From a virus (lineage: Duplodnaviria; Caudoviricetes): DNA of 64,000 nucleotides. Within the stretch, counting starts at the first letter, position 1. Each line of letters begins with the position of its first letter. Under the pieces are notes generated by a model. It was not told the DNA's origin, searched no databases, and saw nothing but the letters and a program-made list of their open reading frames with translations. The position numbers and the translations under genes were made by a program. Below, in pieces: positions 33,401 to 45,400 of the stretch. The stretch lies in the IMG/VR virus record IMGVR_UViG_3300020470_000690, positions 1,494-65,493 of that record. The stretch is one strand, 5' to 3'.

Positions 33401-36400
33401 TGTGGAAGGAGTTGTGGTTAATACTTGTATATCAAAGGTGTTTAACTGTACATTTGATATCGGTAACCATGCTTTGTATGCAGGGTCTTGTGGTCTTGGA
33501 TAAGTCTTAGTGACTGCACCAGATCCTGTATCACAACTCATTGATAATGCGTTCTCATCGAGCATTACATAGTCATTTGCCTTAGTAATACCACTAGCAG
33601 TAGCAGAAACAAAGGTATGAACAGCAACGTTAGTAGATGGAATCTCTTTTAGTACCTGAACATCAAAAGTATTATTAGTTACGTTAAGTACAGGCAACCA
33701 AGAGTTGTATGCAGGGTCAGTTGACCTTGGATATGTATGATTAGAAAGGTCACCATCTAAATTACAGGTGAATGTTAGTGAATTTCCAGCAATTTTAACA
33801 CTATCACCAGCAACGAAACCATGTCCAGCAACTGTTAGTGTCATAATACCTGTATTAGGATTATATGCAGCGTCAGTTGCGGTATGAGTTGACTCACCAG
33901 TGAATCCATGACCATTCTGGGTGATCGTTACGATACCAGTATTAGGATCATATGTTGCACCTGTTGGTGTAGAAGTAGTAACACCAACATCAGTAATTTT
34001 TACAGAGGTATTATAGACAGGATCACTCTGACGAGGGTAAGAATGCTCTGTAGCATAGTCATCTCTATCACAAGTAAAGGTTAAAGCACCATCTCTAAAC
34101 CTAATAGAAGTACCAGGTTGCAATGTGTGAGCACCAACGTTCATCACTAGGTCACCTGTTACTGAATTATAGTCAGCATTGGAGACATTGTAGTTAACTA
34201 TCGGTGAAGCACCAACATTAACAGTGATTGTGGAGATTGTACTCGAAGTAATAGCAATAGATTTACCATATGCAGGGTCACCTTTTCTTGGATACTTGTG
34301 CTTCGAAGCATGATCATCCATTGAGCAGGTGAATGTCAATGATTCTTCTGCAATAGTAATGGTATTTGCAGTAGTTAATCCATGATTAGGTATGGTAATA
34401 ACTAAATTACCATCTCCAGGAGTGTAAACTACGTTAGATGGAGTGTGATTACCACTACCATTGTCTGTTATAGCATTAGTAGCAGCAGTAACGAAGGTAT
34501 GACCGTAGTTACCACCAGTGTAAATAGCGTCAAGTTCTGATCTTACATACTGATGAGTATGCTGACGACCATTTAATTGGATAAGAGACTTATCTTCCTG
34601 GTTAAGATACAGATTAGCAGCATCCCAAGTCTTAGAGTTACCACCCTTCCTTAGGTCATGTGCGACTGCATTTAGAATATCTAATACATCATCAACACAA
34701 TTCTGAGCACCATCAGGAACACCGAAGTTAAGATACTTCGATAGGTCATTCATTGTATGAACTGCTTCCCAAGCAATGACATTAGCATTACGCTCAAGCA
34801 TATCAGCAGCATCTAACAACCTATCATTATCGGTTCTTTGGGCATTATAACCTTCAGAGTCGATAGTAATGGTAGCATCTCTGTATACAGTCAGTTCTGT
34901 ATACTCATTAACATAATAATCATCTTGATACTCGGATGATACACCAAGTTCAGCAGCAGTACTACCCTTAGTTACTAGAGTGTTGTTGACCGCATGCTTA
35001 CAAAGCTTAGCAACATGGTTATATACATCTATTACAGCACTTAACTCATTATCAATAGAGTAAAGTTCACTATTAGCATTCATGAACTTAGCTGTGACGT
35101 TCCTGATCGCAGAATTACCACCAGTAACTAGATCAGCAATGACAGCTGGAAGTATATAAGTCTTTATCTCATGAGTACACTTATTGGGGTTCGAATTGGG
35201 GTTTGTATAGAAATCATATACAGTACCATTAATATCCTTCGTATATGTTGCTTCTAACCAACCTACTGCTTCAGCAGCAATTACATCACGGTTCTTCCAA
35301 ATTAAATCACCAGCGTCTCTAAATCTCTGTCCAGTAGGTCCAATAATATCACCTACCTCATCAGCAAGAGCAGAAATTTCATCCTGAATGGCTTGAGATA
35401 TAGGTGAAGAGAAGTTATTAGGTATACGAAGTATGTCAGTAAACTTAGTAGGATTACCATCACTATCAACACCATAGTTCTCAAGATCTGTACTTGTAGT
35501 AGTCAGAACATAGTGACAAATAGGTGCTAGTTCTCTATATGTGTAAATTGACTGTAGTACTTCATTAGCAATATGCTCAAGACCCTCATAAGCAGTTAGA
35601 TAAGATCTCGCAGCAAGTGTACTATTGTAGTTACCACCATAACGTATATCATCAATAATACCTTTTAAGATATGTTCTTTTGTATCCCTTAAACAGAATG
35701 TAGTACCCTGTTGAGGACCAACACCATCAGCGGTGTCACCTGGCATCAACAGATCAGGATACTTAGCCTTCATCTTATTAACTGCTGTTTCAGCAATCCA
35801 TGCTCTATTAAGTTCGAGCATATCAGCAGCCTTACGATGCTCATCTCTAGAAAGCTGAACATCCTCAATAATTATTTCCTTAGTGGCATAATTAACCTTC
35901 TTAGCTGCAGCAGCAGAGTTTGTCGTTCCAGTAAAGGTTGCATAAACATCCTTATCACTCATGATGATAGGATGCTCATTACTCATAGAGAATGAGATAT
36001 TATCATTAGTGCTAAAGATAACTGGAGGAGTAAATGTTGCTGTGTAGTTAGATACACCCTTAGTGATAACAAAGTTATCAATATGACCTTGATAGAAGTT
36101 GGCACCTGCTTGGTCAGCACCAATGGTCATCTTCCTCTCAAAATAATTATTGGTGTCAGTGTAATCAGATCCTACCTGAACACCACCAACCCACAATTTA
36201 GTAATACCAGAAGTCTTAGATACTGCTACGTGAGTCCATGTACCAGCACTAATTCCATGAGAACCACTGATACGATCAGCGTTATCATAGGCAAGTTTGA
36301 TACTACCACCATCAAGATATAGACTTAAAGATCCAGTCTCACTAAGTCCACTTGTACGGAAGTCAAACAGATACTGTCCACCAGTTACTGCCTTGGCCTT

Positions 36401-39400
36401 GATCCACATCTCTATAGTAAAGTTATCAGTACCAAATGCATTTACATCAGATAGATCATGAGTAAGATATGCTTGTGATTCTAATAATAGAGAGTTAGTT
36501 CCACTACGCTTATCAAGTGAAGTTAATGTTGCTTTCGCTGGATATACAGTAAAGGAATTTGGTACTGCACTTACAAAGGTGTGAGCATAATCACCACCAG
36601 TAATAATAGCATCTTCACCACGTACAAAAGTGTGTAAAGTAGTGTTAGTAGAAGGTTGTGTACTTAAGACCTGAACAATAATAACACCACCATCTTGCTT
36701 CGTAATATTATTAGAAGTTGCACTTACAAAAGTGTGAACTGAGGTATCGGGAGAAACACCAATCTGAACACCAATAGTATTATTATCAACAACTGAAATA
36801 GGTAACCACTGATAACTTGCTGGATCAGTTGTTCTAGGATAAGTATGCTGAGTAGCATTATTATCATTAGCACATGTGAAGGTTAATGAATTATCAGCAA
36901 TCTTGATCATCTCACCATTCGAGAATCCATGATTAGCAATGGTAAGATTTAAAGTTCCCTTAGTAGGAAGATATGATGCACCAGTAATTGAGTAAGTACT
37001 TGATGTAATACTATCAATGTTTACTGAGGTATTATAGAATGGGTCAGAATTTCTTGGATAAGCATGCTCTGTTTGGTTACCATCTTGATCACAAGTGAAT
37101 ACTAATGACTGTGGCTTAAATCTAATCTTCTCACCAACATTAAGATTGTTAGGTCCAATGGTAATTGCCATTACACCTGTATCTGGTTGATAATCAACAC
37201 CAGTTGGTGTGTAATGCTTAAGTGGGGATGAACCAACGTTTACAGTAAATGTACTTGCTGTTGTCTTAATGATAGGTAATCTAACATTGTTAGCAACAGG
37301 GTCAGTAAGTCTTGGATAATCATGCTGAGTAGCATTAGCATCCATACCACAAGTAAATTTAATTGCATTTGCAGCAATAGAAACTTCATTACCTGTGGAG
37401 AATCCATGAGCAGCAACTGTTAAAGTAAGATGACCAGTAGCAGCATCATAGGTTGCGTTTGTTGGTGTAACGGTAACGTTAGAAGCACCAGAAACGTTTG
37501 TAATTCTTGAGTTAGTAATATACTCTCTATTCTGGAATGAACCAGTTAGAGTATTAGTATACAGCCAACGTAGTCCAGAGTTAGCACCCTTACATGAGAA
37601 ATTAGCACCAGACTTATGACCCTTAACTGTGTCACCAGGAGTGAAGAATCCAAGTCCACCTCTATCCTTATAAGCAAACTTATAAACCCTTATGTTCTCA
37701 CCTTCCTCGTAAGTACCATCGGTAACAGTAGCGAGTGAATTGATATATGCAAGACCACCACCCTCAGATACTGAATTAGCAGTAGCAGATACAAATGTGT
37801 GTGTATAGTTACCACCACTCTGAATACCGTTAGGTGTAGCAGATACGAAGGTGTGTGCATTGGTGTTAGTAACTGCACCCTGTCCACCGTTAACGTTAAC
37901 AGTAATAGTTGTCTCACTAGCAGCAGTAATTTCTACAGCAGTGTCATATGCATAATCTTCACCATCGCTAGTATTTGCTCCAGTTGCACGAGGATAAGAT
38001 CCATTTCCAACAGTACCACCCTGATCACAACTAAAGGTTAATGATCCAGTAGCAATCTTAATACTTTCTCCAACTGCTAAGGTGTGAGCACCAATGGTCA
38101 ATACTAAATCACCACCAACAGGATCGTAAGTTGCATTCGTTACTGTGTGGTTAACAATAGGTGATGCACCGACGTTAACAGTAATAGTTGTAGCACCTAC
38201 AGCATCAATTGCAATCTGCTGGTTGTAAGTTGGGTCACTAGAACGAGGATATGTCTTATTGGCAGTATTGCCATCCATCGCACAAGTGAATGTTAATGAA
38301 TTAGGTTCTATCCTAACAGTATCATTAGTTGTTAAAGTATGTGATCCAATGGTTAGAACTAAGTCACCAGTGGCAGCAGTATATGATGCAGCAGTTGGTG
38401 TAAACTGAGCACCTGTGAATGAAGTAGTTGCAATATTTGCTAATGTGTCAATAGCAGTTGCTACGTTTGCACAATTAGTTCCACCTTGGTTACTACCTGA
38501 AGAGTAATCAGGGTCATAGTAATGTGCAGTAGAAGAACTGTCTAAGTAAGGTGCAGAATATGTTGTAGGATCATTCAGGTTATAACCAGCAGTATTAAGT
38601 GTCTGGTCATACATGATATTTCTCATTGCATTCTTACAGAGATCCTTAGCAGCATTAAATGCTGTAATTGCTTCTTGTGTCTCTGGAAGACCTATGAATA
38701 CACCGTCAGTATTAAAGAACTTCTTAACAAACTCAACCATGTAGTAGTTGCCATCACCATCTAGGTCATCAGCAATAGCATCAATGAAGTAACCAGTGTC
38801 ACGAGTACACTTAGTTTCTAATGTAGTCTGTGCTGCAGGTTGTGAAAGATCAATTAGATCAGATAGAGATGCAGTTGTTATTACCTCTGAAACATTAGTC
38901 CAAAGAGTGTTCAGTGCTGCTGTAACATCAGCACAATTATTAGCACCATAATTGGTGGAGTTAGAACCAGAAGTACCGTAATTATCTCCTGGAGATGGGT
39001 CAGCAGTAATTCCTGATCCACCAGAACCGCCTGTAGATTGCTCATTATACTTCGTATATGAAACAGAATCGATTGTCTCAGAACCACTTAATGTGTTAGT
39101 AAGTGCTTCGACCATATGATCATATGCCTTACCATAACCATAATTAATCTCATTAGCTTGAGAATTAACATACTGGAAAGTAGTACCATCTGGGAAGAAC
39201 ATCTGACACAATTTACGTGTATAGACTGTTCCACCCCATCCAGTATCTCTGGATAGAGCATCGATGAAATATCCAAGGTCTCTCTTACACTTAGCAGCAC
39301 TAGGAATAGTAGTACCAGGATATTGAGTAATCATCTCATCATAAGACTTAGCGATGATCCACTCTCTATTCTTCTGGATCAAACGATAAGCATCCTTAAA

Positions 39401-42400
39401 TCTACCCATCTGGGCAACTTGGTTGTCACCAGTGTGATAGAAACCAGGATAGTCAATTGCTATCTGAGAAACAGCAAAATCTATAATTTCTTGTCTATTA
39501 TTTCTTATACTTCTAGCAGCATCCTTATATCTGTTCAGTGCGTCAGTTACAGGGTTACCATAAGTTACGTTGATAGAACGGATAACATCATTAACAGCAA
39601 GTGTACCACCACTTAAATTGTTATATTCGATTTCTGTAGAACGAACTTCTTCATAATCCAAGAAATCAGCGTTAATACGGTTTGCTGAATTGTTTAACTC
39701 AACAGGACTAATTGTAGTCTCTGAAATGTTATCTAGGATAACATTCTGGTTAGTAAGTGAAATAAGACGCTCAAAGACTAATCCAAAGAATGAAGAACCT
39801 TTGTTGATGATTAAAGTGTCTACAACGTCTCCGACTTTAGGATCACCAGATATAACTCCATTAACAGCATTTTGGTTAGTTACTGTTTCTCCATCTATGA
39901 AATCGGGGGTATTTTTCTTAACATAGTAAAGAACAGGTGGATTAGCACTTGCATCGAGTCTAACAACTTGTGCTTGAGCACCTGAGACTCCACCAGTGAT
40001 TATTTGGTCTTCTTCGAATGCAACTGCTGCTGCCATGTTAATGGAGGTAACTGGATCTCTATAAGGTGAAATTCCAGTTATTTTAGCTGCGATCTTCGAA
40101 GATGCAGAATATATGAGATCATTAAGTAAAATATTGTAAGCACCAGTTTCGAACTCTGCAGTACCAGAAGTCTTAGAAAGTACAAGACTAGAATCGAGAT
40201 TACCGTCTAAATCGAGGTTTGTCTCTTCTACAATTGCTGTATCGCCACCTAGATCAACTTTAGTGACTGTTTCGCCAAATTCGAATATAGTTGACTGATT
40301 AACATCATCAATGCTTCCAATGAATGCACTGAACCCAGTTCTGCTTACATCGACTCTAGCGTTGTTTACAAACGTTGTACCGATGATTTCGATGATATCA
40401 ATACTACTTGTACTAGTATCAATGACTTTAGCACTTGAGTTAACGTTATTAAACTTAGCTGTAATGATATCACCGATTTGTGGGAAAATACCGCCGATCT
40501 GAGTTAAATTAAGTCTCTTAATCGGTAAAACGGTAATATCAACATTTCTGTAGATAACTTTAGAATCAGGACGTGGTGCTTCAGCAAATACGATCTGATT
40601 ACCAACAATTTGATATGCTTCACCAGGAGATTGGATAACACCGTTTAAGGTGACCAACATCTGATTTTCTTTAATAATAATCTGTTCACCTTCTACAGTA
40701 AGGTTAAATGCCTTTGTAGCACCATCAAACTGATCAGAAATGTTATCAATCTTCTTAACGATAGAAGTTAGAATTTCCTCGGAGTTTGTTAGTCTTTTCT
40801 TCCTGAATAGAACTTCAGAGTTGTTAAATGTCGAATATATGGGTTGAGCAGCACCAAATGATGTAATTTGGTTAACATTAGTATATTCGTCAATATTAAC
40901 CTGTTTGGTGAACTCAGTACCAATTCTTCGGCCAGAGATGTCCTTACCACCCGTTAATTCCAACTGACCAAACATATTAAAGCCAGCTGGGTGGTTATTC
41001 TCTAATATCTGCTTCTTCCAACGGTTGATCGGAATTTGAGACTTAATAACGTATGAGAAGTTCTGATAGAAGTAAGAATCCTGAATCTTCTGTACAATCT
41101 CAGAAGGCTTACCAACGTCATCAATAAACCTACCAGAGGTCTTAGTGATAGCGTCAATGTTCAGAATACCCTTAGCAATCTGTACATTATCGATAATACC
41201 AGATGCTCTAGAAATTACACCCTGAACCTTGCCACCCTCGACAAAAACACCCTTAGGATTAACAACCTTAAGGATCTTAGGTCCAATCTGCCAACCATCG
41301 TTAGTTGATACAGTACCGAAGGCATTTGCCAAATCATATGACTCACCTTGGAATACTTCTTCAGATTCTAAGAATCTAGAGGTTTCTACGACTGCTTCTG
41401 CTTTACCACCAAATACCTCGGTTAATAGCACCTGTCTACCATTACCTTGTGTTAAGAAGGTGATATAGTTACCTGATTCAGCATCAGCAGGTGTTAAAGC
41501 AAATCTCAACTGGTCACTTTCTAAACCAGCAACATTACCAGCAATAGCATAGTAGGTGGTTGTAGATGACAATGAAGTCAAACCAACACTACTTGGTTTT
41601 GGTAATTCACCAACATCACTACCAATATCTTCTGCACGGAACTGAATAGCAGCACCAGTGGTTATACCATGAGGGAAGTTAAACTGTAGATAATTAAGGT
41701 CTAAGTTAACAACATATGTAAATTCTGACTTAAGTGTAACTGATGGTTGTGAGCTATATCCTGCACCTGGGTCTTTAACGATAATCTCAGATAATCTGTT
41801 GTTTTTAACAACTGCTTCTGCATCAGCACCTGTTCCACCACCACCAGCGATGACTACAACTGGTGCAGAGGTATATCCAGCACCTGGGTCAGTTATCTTG
41901 ATCTCAGAGAGTATTGAGGTGTTAAAGAGTTGTAAGTTGACTGGGAATGCAATCTCAGGACGTAAAGTATAGTCATGAGAGTAACCATAACCAAATTCAT
42001 TGTTTTTAAGAGTTTTGATCTTACCAATCTCTGTACCAGTCAAGAATACAGAAGCACCACTACCTTCATCAGGTATAACGACCTCTAAATCACCACCAGA
42101 ACCAGATAAGGTAGATCCTAGAATTCCTGTAATACCATCAACGTCAATCGATCCAAATGTGTATCCTTTACCTGGATCAGTTAATGTAACATCAGTTATA
42201 GTACCAGAACTAGTTTCTGCATCAATTTCGACGGTAATGATGCAAAGACCACCCTCACCATCACCTATAATAGGAACTTGAGTGTATACGCCAGGTGCAT
42301 ACTCAGTACCACCATTATTGATCTTAATCTTCTCAATCTTACGATCTGAAGCAATATCAGAGATAATTGGTAGCTTCTTATAGAATCCACCTGGAGAGAT

Positions 42401-45400
42401 CAACTTAATAGTGTTAATCGGACCAATTGCCTTAGTTGATGTAGTTGAGTAGTAAGAATTTGGATTATCTTGATCATCTACTCCGATTTCAGCATTATTA
42501 AATTCTGGTTCGATTTCTAGTGGGAATCTGAATTCAGTCTCACTTATAATCTCACCGATCTTAAATGTTCCGTCATATGGTGTCTTAATAACGTCAATGA
42601 AGGAGTTCTCACCAACTGGGGAGTTGGAGGATAATGTTCGGCTTGGATCAAAATAGTACGTGATATTTGTAACTTCACCACCGATTGTAAAGTTGACTAT
42701 AGGGGTCTCAGTGTTAGAAGACAATCCAGGAGTTCCAGACCTCTCAATAACGTTAAATGAGTATTCTAGTTTAAACTGGTTGTCTTGAGAGAAGGATAAG
42801 AAGTATCCAAGGTTAGAAGCATCACTCATGTCAAAGACATAAGAATGGTTTCTTACCAACATAAGAGTTGGGTGCTTAGATGATATCTTAACGTTAAATA
42901 TCGCATTATTATAGAATGCTGGTTCACTGTCAGCAGCAGCTCTCATTCTATAAGTAAAGTCTCTAGAAGAGAAGACTTCTTCCACAAAGAATGAACCATT
43001 AAACTGAGCAGTAGTAAATCCTTCTACAAAGAGGATATCTGCTGCTTTAAATTTATGAGCAGATAATGCCTGACAGTAAATAAGGTCAGTACGAGCATTA
43101 GCACTCCTAATAATATCCTTGTCTAGATTTACAACATATTCTATCTTCTTAACAGTACTTACACCATTAATCTGAGCAATCTTAGGATCACCTTCTTTAG
43201 GACCAGTAGTTACAGATCCACCAAGTGAAATAACGTCACCAACAATAAAGTCAGATCCAGTATAAACCTCTACAATCTTAACCCTATAATCCTCAGCATC
43301 ATATGGACGGAATCTAGCATAAGAAGATATAGCATCAGACTGAGACTGCCATGTCCAAACTACAGTACCATCAGTAGCAGTACCACTAGTATGAGTAGGA
43401 GCAACAGATCCTGTTACACCAGCAGTTGTACACTTATAATTCTGTCTACCAAAGTAAACTAAGTCATTAAGAGCATAAGATTTAGTTGCTTGCCATAGTG
43501 GTTCAGTAGGAGTTGGCCATGGATGATCTCTTAGGTCAACTTCTATAGGACCAGCAGCACTAATGTATTGCCATATAACTGAACCGTCAGTTACGTTACC
43601 AATCTCATGGGTAGGAGCAGTAGCACCAGAAGTAGCAGTATTAGTTGCTTTATAGATCTTACCATCACTCCAAACCTGATCATCTACTGTATATGCTGTA
43701 GCAGTTAACCATTCGGCCTGTGCCCGTTCTGGGTGGAAAATTACGTCTTCGATTATATTTTCTTCACCTAGATCATTCTTAAAGAGATCGGTATCATTAA
43801 AGTTACCAAACATCTTACCGATCTTATACTTACTACCCAATCCTGGGTAATCTAAAGTACCAGTTGGAACCTCAACGATAGTACCATATGCCTGTACAAT
43901 ACCCTGAGAGTTATACTGTTGTAGTATAGATCCCTTAGTAAACTTGATATCTTGGTTAAATGTAAATTCTAATACGTTATCAATCTTCTGGAATCCAGCA
44001 TCTCTAACATAGTACTTCGGTATAACAACAGCACTAACCTTGAGCTTAACTCCAAGTGGTGAAGGTACTGTAGATGTCTTAGAAGCAAATTGATGAGTAT
44101 TATTAGTAAATGTGTAAGTTCCTGGTGTTAGAGTTGATATGGTATCTGACATATCAAGAATCTGTAAACCAGAAGAACCTTCTGCCCAAACTGTAATTAC
44201 AGGATTAGTAAGATTATTAATATTGATTCCACTAGTCTCTGTAAATGTTAATGCCTTAGTATAGACTGTTGATGGGAATGCACTGTAAGCACCTCTCTTA
44301 TCATGCAATCTATCAAATTTGATTAGATTGATTTGAGAATCATCAGACGTAATAGCAAATTGAGTTGTTGGTAGTGTAAATGAAGCACCAGTAAAGACTG
44401 CATTAGGTTCGATAACTAAATCATCGATACTACCCAAGAAGCAGTTACCAGTAGCAGGTGTAGTTTTATTAGCACCAATATAAACGTCATTAAGACCAAT
44501 TTCAGTTGCAACAGTTGCTGTACATACCTGAATACCATCAAAATAAACAGAATAGGTGTAAGAACCAAGAGAAGGTGTCTCTTTAACTACTGCCCAATGA
44601 TGGAATGCACTATCTTGTAAAGTTGTCCAATAAGTAGATCCAACAGAAGAAACAGTTGATCCACCACCACCCTGAGGTGCGATGGTCATTTCGATCTTAC
44701 CTAAGTTGCCACTAGCAGCATTACCATCTACTGTTACTACTATACTGTTTCCTAAAGCATCATCAATAGTAATCATCTCAACTTTAGGGTTGTTAGAAGC
44801 ATGAGATGCTTCCATCAAACTCCATACAGATGTAGTCCAATTAGTTGTTATGCCTGCACCAGCATGCTTCATATAAGCTGGACCACCAGAGAACTTAAGT
44901 GACCCACCACCAAACTTATAGTCTGCATTATTGTGCAAGACTTTAGTCGCATCTGAGAAGGTAGTAGTTACATTTGCTTGCTTACTACTATCTTCTATAA
45001 GACCACTAAAATCTACTGCAGAGAGAATAGCACCTGTGGCAGTTCCACTACCACCGAAGTTGGTATCTAAGGTTACTGTAGTTCCAGTTGCTGTTAAAAC
45101 TTTTATACCAGCGGCAAGAGTCACAGTTCCACCACCGCTGGTTATTGAGACAATATCACCAGTAGCAAGACTAGTAGCATTACTTACATTAGTAATAGTT
45201 GCAGCACCAGCAGCAATATCACCAGCAAAGGAGATAGGTGAAGCATCAAAACGATTTACTACTGTCTGGATTGGTTTCTGCTTATTAGCAGCGATGATAA
45301 CGTCACCAGAGTTATCTACAACATGATTCCTTGTCTTAAATCCAATATCATCAGTATCTTTAATATTAGTACTCTGAAGAAGGGTTCCATCGTACTTAAA

